DNA from: Gnetum montanum
Lineage: Eukaryota > Plantae > Gnetophyta
Direction: 5' to 3'
NCBI GenBank assembly: GCA_015680685.1
Contig: MNCI01000003.1
Coordinates: 166,144 to 230,143 of the forward strand
Length of the DNA stretch: 64,000 nucleotides
A model generated the notes under the pieces. The model was not told the origin of the DNA. It did no database searches and worked only from the letters and a program-made list of their open reading frames with translations. The translations under genes were made by a program, and so were the position numbers. Below, in pieces: positions 51,180 through 64,000 of this stretch (within the stretch, counting starts at the first letter, position 1; the number at the start of each line of letters is the position of its first letter).

Positions 51180-51764
51180 CTGCAAACCATCAATATGCAA
51201 ATACTATTTCATTGAAAGCAGCACAAATTTAAAGTGACCAAAATTTACAATAGTATTAGATGGAGCAATATTGTTTCAACCCAGAACAAATTAATAAAGC
51301 AACATGCTTTAATTCCAAATATAAAATATTCTCACCAATTAAAATAGGTTTCTGAAGAAAGAAATGGACAGGAACTAAAATAAAAAGCATGTTTTTCTTG
51401 TCCATCTGAGACACAATAAAACAAATCATAAGGTTGATATTTTTCATTGGACTTTGTTATGTGCTTTTATGTTATTCCTTTTAAGTTTTGAAATTGGCAT
51501 GTTCAAAATGGTATAAATTGAATTTTTCCTTTCTGTATGCAGTCTTATGTGTATTAAGTGCTATATATTTCTGTTAAATGCCTTGGAACACACATTATGT
51601 AGGTTTCATTACAATGAAATATTCACCGACAACAATCACAGTAATTCCAGATCTTCTCCTGTGATTTTCCCTGCCAGGTGAGAAAGTAGGCTAATAACAT
51701 GAAGTAAAATAATGAATTTTTTCAACTGGATTTGCCTTGGGAATTTTTATGGAGACAAAGATAA

Positions 51765-52311
51765 TGTTGGTGAATCAAAAATAAAAAATAGATTGAAATA
51801 CAGACGGAAGCAATGCAGAATTGTTCTGTTATACAGCTTAATGCAGCAGCAACAGATGATAAACAACACTAAGAAATCAGAGAAGAGGAGAACAGAATTT
51901 AATCTGAAACTAAAGAGGGTCATAGGAAGAAAGCACGAGAAAATTTTCCGATAAAGATGAGAACAGAGTACAGATTTCTCTGATAAAACTGAAACACAAT
52001 ACAGAACCTGCTCGTCAAGCAGAGCTGAAACCAAACAGAGGCTTAGACATTGATGATACCCGATAACCACAAGAGAAGAACACAAGACGAGAACAACCTG
52101 CTGATCAATGCCCGCAACCCACAATTGATTATACAATAGGGAGAGGGGGAGAGGGGGAGAGGCTGGTTCAATCATGCCACCTCCAATAATTTGATCAATG
52201 ATGCACCAATGATTCAGCCAATAATTCAACTACCAGTCATTCAACAATAATACAGCAATGAAATCTCCAGCAATTCGGTGGTCAGCAAATTCGGCTTCAC
52301 CACCACCAACA
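51765..52311 (-). mobile_element. Solo LTR in the OCT7 5'-UTR intron
   Basis: Termini TGTTGGTG...CACCAACA (8-bp inverted); flanks GATAA/AATAA (TSD with one transition); internal CT-rich tract and TATA-like motif on the - strand. Confidence 0.7.
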
Positions 52312-53156
52312 AATAATACCTTAGTGTACAGATACCAAAAAAACATATCAGCATATCACAGATGTCAATCTGGCATGTCGGATATAGATTTCGTTTTCAA
52401 GCTTGTTGGCTCATTCAATTAGAGAAACCAGGAATAGACCAACTTAGTTTTTCTTCGGTCTCAGACCATTTCTCGCATAAAAATGGGCATCATTTATTCA
52501 TTGTGGCACTACTTGCATGATTTAATATGAGAAAGCTCACATCTTTATGAAATTTAATGCATGTTTATAACATATATGTATAAGACGAATCTGATGAACG
52601 GAATTTCCTAATTGTTGATATATTCAGAGGATTAAAAATGTTTTGTAAAAGGATAGAATTAAAAATTTTCAGAGCATTTTCCTATTCTCAAATTGTTACA
52701 TTGTAGTTGCTTAGCCATTAAAAGAATGTTGAGAGTCATTTTTTCGGAAAATCCTGGGAACAGAAATTTAAGTGTTTATAATCATTTATGTATGTATCAT
52801 ACAAAGAAATTTCTATTTCAAACTTCATTGATGCTTTCTGTACCAATGATCGGTAGAGCTGAACCATCTCAATCAAAATTTCTTTACAAAGTGATTTTCC
52901 ATCCCATAAAATTTTCAGACAATGTTTTCAAAGTGGAAAGAAGCGGAGGAGATAAAAACACCCAAAAAACCACAATGCTATAAACTCCAAGCCAGGATAT
53001 TAGGTTCAACTACATAAACCACGTATCTATTTTAAAATATTTATTAATTCTTGTCGCATATTGCAAATTCAAAATCAAGCGCCATACAGAATTTCACAAT
53101 AAACATTTTCAAGTCAAGAAATGTTAAATTAAACCAGACCGGGGTTGAAACTTTAC

Positions 53157-53890
53157 CTCTGCAATATGTGTACTAGAAACAGGAAGCATGTCTTCGAGTC
53201 GTAAAACAAAATGCTCATTAAATAAGGGAAGCGAGAAAATCCAAGCCTGTTGATTCTCATCACAGAGCAACAGATTCTGCGTTGGATGTCATTTGGCTAG
53301 CCTGTAGATTCCTGTCAACATTCAATCAAGCAGCAAGCAAACAGTTAAATCGCATACGTTTCCTCAATTTTTGGAGTTTCCCATTAGATGTCAATCTCGT
53401 AGTGTAACCCTTTTCATTTTCCACAGGGATTTTTTAGCTCCAACAGTGGGCTCCCCGGATCTCGATAAGGACGAAAACAATTATACAGAGATTTTACATT
53501 TTAGCGGAGGATGCTTTGGGAGGAAAAGATCGTGCAGTGAGGGGATCTTCTGTCCGTCGAAAATCCTAATGCCCGATCCCAATGACATTAAAACAACACA
53601 CGGGAACGGCTCTGTCTGCGTCAATTTCCATGTTTCGTGTTCTCCCTTGCTACGGAAATCGCAGGTTGCAGAACCAGCTGCAACTTGGAAACTTTTGCTT
53701 CGTTTCGTGGAAAATTATTCACATCACCCTAAAAAATTATGCAAGTTCGTCAACGAGGACCGAGAGATCTGCAACAGCGCTGAACAAACTTTCGCCACAA
53801 AACAATTGTAGAGTGGGGGGTTGTTAAGGTGAGCTAAAAACAATTGCAGAGTGATTGTTTGGTTTAGATACGAACTCTTTATAGAGCTAC
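53157..53890 (-). promoter_or_regulatory. Probable OCT7 promoter and 5'-UTR exon(s)
   Basis: The coding ATG directly follows a splice acceptor, so an upstream exon is expected. Donor GAG|GTAAAG at 53156; CpG-retaining unique sequence; CTATAAAG at ~53885-53878. Confidence 0.5.
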
Positions 53891-54564
53891 TGTGGCACTT
53901 GATTGCCACGTCCGATCATTGAATGAATCGTGACTGGATCAGGGTTATCCATGACTGCGAAAAAAAAAGCTTTGTTATTTTACAGAGATTAATCGCACGT
54001 CAAAACCACAGAGTACAATGTACTGCCATTTTCATTTTGCATTCGTGTCAAAGTTCCAGCCAAGCAGCCTCGCCTTGGTTGGTACATAGTCAGTGTCAAG
54101 GACTATGAAGCATGCAGCCCTTGCAGGCGATATTAATCTTCCATTCAAACAAGTAAGTGGCTTTCAGCGTGAATATTTAGGGTAAATTGGTAGGTGCCAA
54201 CAGTCAACGTTTTTGGTACGGGCACTTCCGTATGTAAATAATATGCCATGCTCGGATGGGAACCGGTTAAAGTTTTCAGTAAACTCTAAAAAGAAAAGTT
54301 CAGTATCAACTGATGTGAAATGAATAATAGGTCATGCTTTGACAGAGATTACAATGCTAACAAGTCGCTGTTAATCGATTGCGATATCACATGTATAGGT
54401 TATGATGTGATTTTGTATTTTGCAATAGCCATGAAGACCTGTAAATATGTCTCATTCTTTGCATTTATGGCACCATCCATAAGAAATTAATATTGGTATT
54501 GGTATTATCTTTAGTATGTGTTTTTTATACCTAGATGTATAACCGCATTAATTTTCATTATATA

Positions 54565-55289
54565 ACAATGAGGTGCTACCTTGGTGGTATGGGTCTTGGC
54601 TTGTTAACCCTAGGCCATAGGTTTGATTCCACTAGAATAAATCTTGGGGTGTACCTATGTTTCACTTATTTTGGGTTCCAACACCTGACAATTTTCATTA
54701 TGAGACTAATCGAGTTTGTTTAAGATTAGTTATCAAGAGATACAACCATTGTAATGGGATGTGTTCCTTAGTATCAGTGTGATAAAAAGGATGTCTTGGA
54801 CAATTTATTTACATATAAGACCTACACATCTTTAAGTGTGTCCATGTGGACTATAACCATGAGGTATCTTCTATGGTTGTGCTATTTCTTTATGTTTCTT
54901 CGTATTTCACTAAGTACAATTGTAGACACATAGGTCTTTATATCTATGTCTCTTGGTTCTGATTCATCTCGTCTATATAATTGTTTAGAGACAATGAGAT
55001 GCTAACCTAGTGGTAAGACTCTTGATTTGAAAGCTCCAAGTCATAGGTTCAATTCTAGTGGGCAATGCTAAGTTATAAAATTCTAATTAGATTATATATC
55101 TTGGGGTGTACTTATATTACAATTATTTCAAGGTTCCAACATCCCTCCTATATAGTTGTTCGGTGATCTAACTCCCATGGTTTATGTACATAGTTTTATG
55201 TTATCATCATGTATTTGTTCCTAACAATGGGGTGTTATCCTAATGTTAAGACTCTTAATTTGAAAACTCTAAATCATGCGTTTGATTTT
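54565..55289 (+). mobile_element. Cluster of three tRNA-derived SINE copies (54565-54684, 54990-55148, 55224-55289)
   Basis: Each starts ACAATG(A/G)G(G/A)TG(C/T)TA..with A-box and GGTT(C/T)(A/G)ATTC-like B-box; the first two share the tail ATCTTGGGGTGTAC...GGTTCCAACA. The third is cut by the LTR at 55290. Confidence 0.65.
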
Positions 55290-56333
55290 TGATGAGCGGC
55301 GAGGTACCCCTACGCTCAACCATACGAATACGAGCATTTCATGCATGATCCAGTCAAATTCCAAGGACTAAGTGCTTATGCGCCCTTGTGGAACAAGGAT
55401 GAGTTGGTTGATCGTTATCTTCCCAAGCTTACCTGTATGTCACGATTTTATGGTTAAGTAAGCTTGAGGCATATGATTTTTATAGCTTTTATGTTTCTAT
55501 GTCCTACGCTAGTAGGGAAGGAGAGAGGTAACTAAGTGACTAATTTAACTTAACTACTCATTAACTAAGTTCCTAACTAATCCTAACACCAACATTTGTT
55601 CCCACTTGCCGTACACATCTTGAACCAGTGTAACACTGTTGGGATTACCAAACGCTAATCGTTACTAGGTTACCAAGCGTTACACGCATGCTCGAAGTGG
55701 TCATGCTTGTGTAATTTAATGATTTGCTTAATTGATCAAAATAAATTGTTGTGCTAATAACAGAATTGTAAAGTGCATAAAATAAAATAAATGCATAAGA
55801 ATATAAAATAAAAGAAATGCGTAAGAAAATAAATCTCAAGTGCTGCAAGTATGAATCAAAGAGCTCATCTTTATTGCTATACACAAGGTGTGCTCAGGTA
55901 CACAATGCTCGAATAAAGATCTGTCCACACTTAGACCTCCTACTGCGGGCACTTGGAAAATACTCTAACTTTCAAACAGACTACAAGAGTTTCGCTACTT
56001 GACTGCTAAAAGACTTCTTCCCAATTGTGCACCTGGGCACTGTATTTATAGGCTTAGGAGAAACTACTCTAATAATTAGAATAACTACTAAAGTAACCGA
56101 TAGAGTAACCACTATAATAATTAGAATAACTACTAGAGTAACCACTTTAATAATTAGAATAACTGCTAAAGTAACCACTAGAGTAACCACTCTAATAATT
56201 AGAGTAACTGCTAGAGCAACCGCTAGAGTAACCACTCTAATAATTATAGTAACTGCTAGAGTAACCGCTAGAGTATCCACTCTAATAATTAGAATAACTA
56301 CTAGCGTAACCGCTAGAGTAATCGCTCTCATCA
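55290..56333 (-). repeat. 3' LTR of the gypsy element, with a 12/9-bp mixed tandem array (~56060-56327)
   Basis: TAGAGTAACC(A/G)C and TCTAATAAT units; adjoining TACCCCCACGAC is the same PPT-side sequence as at 3189. Confidence 0.9.
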
Positions 56334-59300
56334 TACCCCCACGACTGAATGAAAACTCGTCCTCGAGTTCCTTACAAAATATTGGGAAGGTATGGGATTA
56401 TTAACTAATTGACAATTGACGATGGAATGGGATGACAGACTTAACGTTCCCAGTGAATGGATCAATAAGCATATTACAACATTAGTCTCTATGACCTTTG
56501 TGGTGAACACTCATACATAAATGACATCTAGGCCTTTATTTGACAGCTTGAAGAGAAAGAGAGAGAAAGAAGATGAAGAGTGTTGCCGCTAATGTCGAGG
56601 TTGTGCCTTCTGTTGTTAATCCATAGCCACACCACCAGACTTGCTCCTTTCGTAAATGCTTCAGTTCCGATCCATCCTTAGTGCTTCCTCCAAGCCCAAT
56701 CCATTGTTTGTATGATCGTCATCTGCACACACAACATAGTCACAAATGAGCAAGGATAGATAAACCACAATGCAGTTGATACCCTACCTTGATATGAAGC
56801 ACATTGGCTGAGTTGTGGTTATGGCATAAACTAGTTTGGAGATTTATCACTCGTGACTACCCAAGGTGAAGGTGTTAGGCAAATGGTAGAATGGAAAAAA
56901 TTGAAAAATTTGTGCCAGGGCCCCCATGACTAAGAACGAACCTTCGATAGCTATAAGATGGAAAAACATGAGGAACAAGAAAGATGAAAAATATCAACGG
57001 CAACGCCAATAAAATGAATGTCATGGATGGGGATGAAATAAGAAATGATTGATTTCAGGAAATGTTTAAGGGAAAGAAGTTAACAATTGCACCAAAAATA
57101 AATGCCAGTGGGTCCTCCCCAAAGTAGGCTCATGCCCTTTATGCCCTGACAAACCCACAAACCAAAGAGTCCGTAGGCTCTAGGAATGTCATTTGGAAGC
57201 AAGAGTTAAAAATTTACCCACAAGAATTCACCAAAGAAAAACAATGCATCAACCCAGAACGGACTAATGATAAAACCGACAATGAGATGGAAAGTGGGAA
57301 GAAAGATGGAGAGGAGAGAATGGAATGGAATCCAAGAACAAGGTTGTGTAATGTCTCTTGTGTATTTCATGGTCAAGATAACTAAGTAGAACTCATCCCA
57401 AATCTCGACTCAAACCAAGCACATTCAATGACCTCGCATCAATACACTTGGCCAATCCATCCTCTTGAGGCAACAAGAATGCTTCCACAAAGAGTGACCA
57501 CCATCCCAAGGAGAGTGAGATGGAGAAGCAGGAAGCAAGAAAGGGCCTTAGTTAGAGGGAACCTTCAGGCATGGGTAACATGTCTTTCCAATGTCATAAC
57601 TAGCGCTTGTAGCCCATATTGCTTTATTATGTCTAAGGGGTGTGCTTTGAATTCTCACCTTTTTCTCTTTTTTCTCTTTTTTTTTATGTTTATGCATGAG
57701 AACCACACCATGCAAAGACTTATTTTTATTTACTCAGCTTCCTGATATTTGAACAATGTTAGAATGGCAGAAAACCCAAGAAAAAGCATCCAAGCACCCA
57801 AGAGAATGACCAGCACCAATGCATCAAATCCCCTTGAAGTCACACCCTTTTCAACCTTTGAGTCTTTCCTTGGTTTGAAAAATACCCAGCCACCAATTCA
57901 TTAACAAGTTTACTTAGAAAAAGGGGACTATACAGTTCCAAGCCGAAGGAGACCATAGAGTTGTATGGATGAGTGGACAGTGTGGACTCATTGCTTGTTT
58001 TGCCAAAAGAACCATACCTTAATATTAGCATCATAATTCAAAGGTAAAAACCAAACATTAGCAATCAATATGATATAATTCAATCCACAATCATGAGCAC
58101 TTATTAGATGATGAGTAAAAGTAAATCAACCAAACAAAGATATAGTAAAAACATGAATGATGGTGTAAAACAAAAACAAGAAAAGTTGAAAGAATGTGTA
58201 AAACAAAAATTCAAAAAGAACTAAGGGCCTAGAACGGTTAGCATAGGTGGCCATCTCCCCCACGACTGAGTTGGAAGGAGGAGATCTGAAATAGTGAGTA
58301 AGGTTGTCCATCAATAGAGGTAGCATGTGTACTAGTTGTTCTAAGCTTATGGAAAGGTTTGGTTTGTTGCACGTTGACCAATAGTATTTTGTCCGGGCTC
58401 TCAGGTTCATATATTGTCATGGCTCATGAAGGAAAAGTTGCATAAATAATATAAGGTCCTTCCCACAATGTTTGAAATTTAGTACGTTGTGGCACATGTG
58501 TGTGATTCCAGTAGAGAACCTTATCTCTTAGTTGATATTTAACTTTCCTAATCCTTAGGTCATGACATTGCTTATTGAATGCCTTGTGCAATTCGTTAGA
58601 TGACAGGGCAACTAGTCGATTTATATCTAGCAAGTTAAGGGTTGCTAACCATTGCTTCTGTGCTAGATCAAGATAAAGGTTGAGGTCACATGCCGTGGAT
58701 AGTGTACAGAGCTTAGTTTGAATGGGAAGCATTGGTAATTTACCGTACACTAACTCATAGGGAGAGTAGCCTATAGGAAGTTTCCATGTGGAGCGGTACG
58801 CCCAAAGAGCATCGTTCAATTTTGTGCTCCAGTCTCACCTAAACTTGCTAATAGTTCTTGCCAATATTTGTGTAATCTCCCTGTTGGTGACTTCAATTTA
58901 ACCATTTACTTGGGGGTGGTATGGTGTTGTCAGTTTGTGTTCGACCCCTAAGCGTTGCATTAATTCCCTAAAAGTCACACCTGTGAAGTGTGTACCATTA
59001 TCTAAAACAAGTGCATGAGGCATACCAAACCTATTTATGATTTGTTGCTGAACAAATCATGCAGCTGTAGATGATGTACAATCCTTAATAGTAGTTGCTT
59101 CTACCCATTTAGTGAGGTAATCAACAGCAACAATAATATAAGCTTTTCCATTGGACATTGGTGTAATTGGCCCCATAAAATCAATTCCCTAAATGTCAAA
59201 GGGTTCTAACAGTTGGATCCATTGTTGCGGACCCTCCATTCTCGTAGTCATTCCCCCATCACGTTGACAATGCTCACAAGATTGGACGAATTGATGGGTG

Positions 59301-62300
59301 TCTTGAAACAATGTAGGCCAATAATATCCTGCAAGCAAGATCTTGATGGCCATTCGTCTCTCAGCGTAAGGACCCCAACAAGGACCCTCATGAGCATCTT
59401 GGAGAACTCGCAGTTGATCTATATTGGGAACACATCATCAAACCAAGCCATCGGGACACACTTTGTAAAGTTGTCCATTAATCTCCATAAAGTACTTGGC
59501 TCAGTGAAGAAACTGTTGTTTCTTCTTAAGGTTTAACTCTTGTGGTGTTTTTTGGGTGAGGAGATAGGTAAGAATGCTACTGTACCAGTTTGTCTCCGTG
59601 GGTGATTGATTATTCACTATACCAGCAAAGAGGAATTCATCAGGGAAATGATTAGAAATTGGATACGCATCCTTTTTTTTGTCCCATCGCAACCGAGATA
59701 AATGATCAGCAACTACATTCTCGATGCCCTTACTATCAATCATCATTAAATCGAACTCTTGTAAGATTACAAGCCATCATATGATACGAGGGCTTACCAT
59801 TGGCTTATTCATGAGGAACCAAATTGCACTATGATCTATATGTATATATACTTTATATCTCAATACATAGTGTCTAAACTTTTCTAGTGCAAACACTACA
59901 ACCATTAATTCTTTCTCTATGGTAATGTAGTTAATTTGTGCACCAACAATACTTCTACTTGCACAATGGATGTAATAAGGATGCTTCTGGTCATCTAACT
60001 GTGTAAGTACAGCTCCTAAAGCATAGTTGGATATATCAGTCATGATATGGAATGGTTTGGACCAGTCAAGAGCTTGTAGAATGGATGTTTCTACTAGCTT
60101 CTATTTCAGAGTTTGGAAAGCTAATTTGCATTCCCTGGCCCACTTGAAAGGTACATCCTTTTTAGTTAATTCCACCAATGGTTTGGCAACCTTTGAAAAG
60201 TTCTCAATAAATCTCCTATAGTAGCCAGTATGTCCAAGGAATGATCGAATATCTTTGATAGTTTCTGATTGACAGTAATTCTTTGGATAATTTTGATTTT
60301 CTCAGGGTCTACCTCTATCCTTGTGTGTGAGATTTTGTACCCTAGTACTACGCCTTCTTGGACCATCAAATGGCTTTTCTGCTAGTTGAGCCTCAAATTG
60401 GTTTCTACAAATCTTTTTAACACTTACCTCAACCGGTCCAAGGCTTGATCAAAGTTTGCTTCATAAGTGGAGAAGTCATCCATAAAGACCTCCACGCCAT
60501 TCCCTATCTGCTATTGGAATATGCTTAGAACTAGTTGTTGAAATGTTGCAAGGGCATTGCATAAGCCAAATGACATCTATTTGTATGTGAACATTCCCCA
60601 AGGACTAGTGAAGATAGTCTTGGCTTGGTCTTTTGGGGCTATTTGTATTTGGTTATATCTGCTATATCCATCCAGAAAACTGTAATAGCAATGCCCTGCG
60701 ATGGTGTCTAAGACTTGGTCGACAAATGGCAATGGAAAGTGATCTTTGAATGTTGCCATATTTAGTAGCTTGAAATATATGCACACCCTCCATTTTCCTC
60801 CCTTTTTAGGCATAATAACTAAGGGGCTAACCCATTCTCTATCAGCAATGGGGTATATGAACCCAGCCTTGAGAAGCTGTTCGATTTCTTCCTTAACTAC
60901 TTGCTTTAGCCTAGGGTTCAATCGCCTCTACAATTGTCTTCGAGGCTTCATGGAGGGATCAGTGTAAATTCTATATTGGCATATCCTAGGATCTATTCTA
61001 GTTAATTCGGGATATAACCAAGCGAAGGCTTCTGACCATTTATTTATTACCTTCAGCAATTCTTCTTTCTATTGAGGAGCAAGCTTAGTGTTGATAATTA
61101 CCGATTTTCCATTTTTAAGGAACATGTATTCCATATCGGTGGGCAATGGTTTCAGCTTGAGGGGCTCTTGCTTAAATTTCTTAGGGATTTCCAACTTCCC
61201 CCAATTGATATTTTCAAGGTTAAGACTTGGAAGTTGGTGGTGGACTTGCTCTAATGCGTCTATGCGTATATGCTTAGGTCAAACCCTCAGTTGGTTCCAT
61301 GCATATGAGTGAACTACTTTCTTGATCAGTTGTTAGCCATTGGGTGTCTTCCTGTCATGTGGCTGCTACATACATGCATCTTTGTATGTTAATCACTTGT
61401 GCACACTGGTTGCATGCAGGCAATGCTAAACTTTGCACAAACCATGACCTTTGCACGCAATTACACCTTGTGTCACTGTATGTGATGCATGGAACTTTCT
61501 TTTTCTCAATCTTTTTGAATGTATTTTCCTTTGATATTTCTAGGGAAAGATCACAAATTCCTAGGCGTGTGTCGATGGTGCTTAGCCATGCTCTTCCCAT
61601 TATGATTGGGAAGTCCCCCTTATCGTTGTTTACCTGAATCACTAGGAAGTCAGCTGGGTACGACCACCCACAAACAGTGGTAACAATGTCTTCCACCAGT
61701 CCCAATGGGACAGTTATGGACTGGTTGGCCAACTCTAGACAGATGTTGCTCTTTTTCAATGGAGGTAGGTTTTAGGCCTTGTACATTTCTTGAGAAATGA
61801 AGTTGACACCGGAACTTGAATCCAAAAGAGCCTTGCACGGTGCATTTCCAGCGATTTATAAGTATATCAAAAGACTCCCAAGATTAGAGAATTTCCTGGG
61901 AATGTGGCCAGCTTTGATCCAATTAGTGACGACATGTGATAGCATGACCGTATGTGTTGAGTGTGGTGATTGGGTTGAAGGGGGCTCCAAAGTTTTGATT
62001 GCTATTGAGGCATCTAAGGAATTAGCTGCTTGTGATTGCAAGGGCTTGGTTGGACTATTGGTTCTAAAGAAAGGTCTTTTCTTCATGTGGTTGTTGGAAC
62101 CAATAGTAGGTTGAGAGTTAACAGCCCTCGTGGCGTTACGTTGCTGCGGTTGGGTAGGTATTTCACCTTGCATCGCGGAAGCAAGTGGTAGTGGAGCTAT
62201 TGGTGGAAGAGATGCGGTCAGATAAGAAGGATGATATGCTTGTGGAATATCACCTCTAGAAGAGGANGGATAAGAAGGATGATATGCTTGTGGAATATCA

Positions 62301-63707
62301 CCTCTAGAAGAGGAAGTCCCATAATACTCGCAGGCTTGGTAGTGAGGTTGAGGAGTGACGTGACCAGTAGAGTCACATGGGGAGATTAGCTACTCATGTA
62401 ATATCCATACGGGTCAGGTTACCAGTAAGGATACTATTGCCTTGGTGGTGGCATTCTCCATGATTGTGGGTGCTGCCATTGTTGATATTACTTAATCGAT
62501 TGTGGTGGAGTTCCACTGGGATAATATGTTAAGGGTTGGTGGAACTGCCTTGGGTTACCTTGAGAATAAAGTAACCTTTGGGGTGTTTGCCTTTTGTTTA
62601 ATCGTGGGTTGAGTGCATACACCCTAGACTCCTACAAATGTGAGATTACAGGGCAACATCCCTTAGGATGGTCATATTGACATATTTCACATCCACTATC
62701 ATTGTCTGTTTCCAAATCCACAACCTCTTTAATCATGGCAACTTTGCCCTTACCCTTACTATGTGCATGTTCAACCTTTTTCTTTTTTCTTTTCTGACTA
62801 CCTTGGTCTCTAGACTCCTCTACTATTTTAAGAACAATTTAAAATCTATTATCTAGGGAATCCCACATTTGGTCTACCTTTGCTGAAACTTCTAATGTCA
62901 TCTTTTGGATAGGCAAAGTTTTCCTATTCACCATCTCTTCGAGTGATGACTCTTCTTCATCCTCACAAAATCTTACATCCCTCTTCCGAAGGGAAGGATC
63001 TCAGTTATACTCTTTCGCACTTTCTCTCTTTTGTAGCTCACCTTCTTCGTTAGCAACTTGCTCCAATTTGAATTTGATGGGACCTAAGCTCGGATGATCT
63101 TCCTTGGGCATAAGTCCTAAGGGTTCTTCTTGTTTCATGCCTAAGCCCATCCACGAGATGGCGCAGTTGATCCCTTTGTGAATAACCATGGCCAGGAAAA
63201 TGATGTAACAGTGCATAGTATCAGCCTATGATAGCATCCAAGGGTTCATGTCCTCCTTGTTTCCAACCTTGGATTTGCTTTCGCAAGTTAGACACTCGGG
63301 AGTATGTTTGGTACTTGTCATTAAATAGTTATAACATAGTACTCCACCTACGAATGGATTTTAGTTCTAAAGACCGGTACCAGCTTTTCGCTTCTTTAAC
63401 TAATGTCCGTGGGAACAACCTAAGTTTTTGCCATTCATTCTCTATGTTCTATAAGGCACACACATCATGGAATGCTTGTAAATGATTTTAAGGATCAGCG
63501 TTGTATCCCCCTTCAAATTGTGGGATGTTGTTCATGTCTAATCTCTTGATCCTACTATCTTTCTAATGTCTTGTTGGAACTCTAACAGCCTTAGTTAGGT
63601 CCAACGTACTTCAAGTAGCGAGGAGGGGTTCATTGTGATCGTCTCATCCATGGCGTCTATGATGCCTACGTTGTTCCCTACTCTCCCTTCTTCGATGTCA
63701 TGACTCT
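55290..63707 (-). mobile_element. Decayed Athila-like Ty3/gypsy retrotransposon (5' part interrupted or outside the window)
   Basis: 3' LTR 55290-56333 (TGATGAG...CTCATCA). gag ~63600-63000; PR (LDSSSGVN, IIMGRAWL); RT (WVSPLV..PKK, KDHFPLPF, FLDGYS, VFMDDF); RNase H (TDISNYALGAVL, EKELM, NVVADHLSR); INT (DALWAYRS, W.GPY). Confidence 0.92.
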
Positions 63708-64000
63708 TGATGAGACGCGGTATGCATCAGCCGCGATATCGCGTACGCGATATCGCAGCTAGCCGCAATTTCTATAAATAAGAGGCGGCTCTCCCTTATT
63801 CAAGGATCCCATTTTTAGTGTAGCGAAGCTCTGGCAGTTTGATCCCTCCAGAGTTAGAATTTTTCCCGTGTCTGCCCGCAGTGTGGTGAATGTGATTGTA
63901 CGGTGTCTTTATTCGAGTGTGCCATACTTGGACACGCACATGACCGGCAATAAAGATCGAGATTACTTCATCATTGCAGCATTCACTTAGTTTATTTATT
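63708..64000 (+). mobile_element. Start of a further LTR of the same family as 2394-8645, opposite orientation
   Basis: Starts TGATGAGA, with TATAAATA at ~63773; 63908-64000 is nearly identical to the reverse complement of ~8181-8280. Confidence 0.85.

Noticed and set aside
51747-52229. 160-aa hydrophobic ORF
   Set aside because: Falls within the solo LTR; low-complexity T-rich translation.
55981-56404. Long Val/Thr/Ile-repeat ORFs on both strands
   Set aside because: Translation of the stop-free 12/9-bp LTR tandem array; not a protein.
62220-62315. Exact ~48-bp duplication in gypsy gag
   Set aside because: The copies are separated by an N, typical of a scaffolding overlap artefact.

Overview
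AT-rich land-plant nuclear DNA (species not identifiable from the sequence) with two intact minus-strand protein-coding genes embedded in layered retroelements. Gene 1 is a 2-exon GPI-anchored GH17+X8 endo-1,3-beta-glucanase (16492-19550). Gene 2 is a 5-coding-exon MFS transporter of the OCT7/NiaP type (24084-51179) whose 19-kb and 6-kb introns hold an L1, RTE fragments, SINEs, a chromovirus-like relic and two LTR elements. The left flank is a decayed Ty1/copia (239-13149), split inside its RT by a gag-only Athila-like element (2394-8645, TSD CATTT). The right flank is a decayed Athila-like Ty3/gypsy (from 55290), interrupted by a third related LTR at 63708. The standout observation is the intronic L1 (38539-42507). 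After RT, zf-RVT and a divergent RNase H-like segment, it continues into a coiled-coil and a recognisable DnaJ/Hsp40 J-domain (HPD at 42132-42140) just before its poly(A) tail. This suggests a LINE carrying its own Hsp70 co-chaperone module. All alignments and counts were done by eye; no searches were run.
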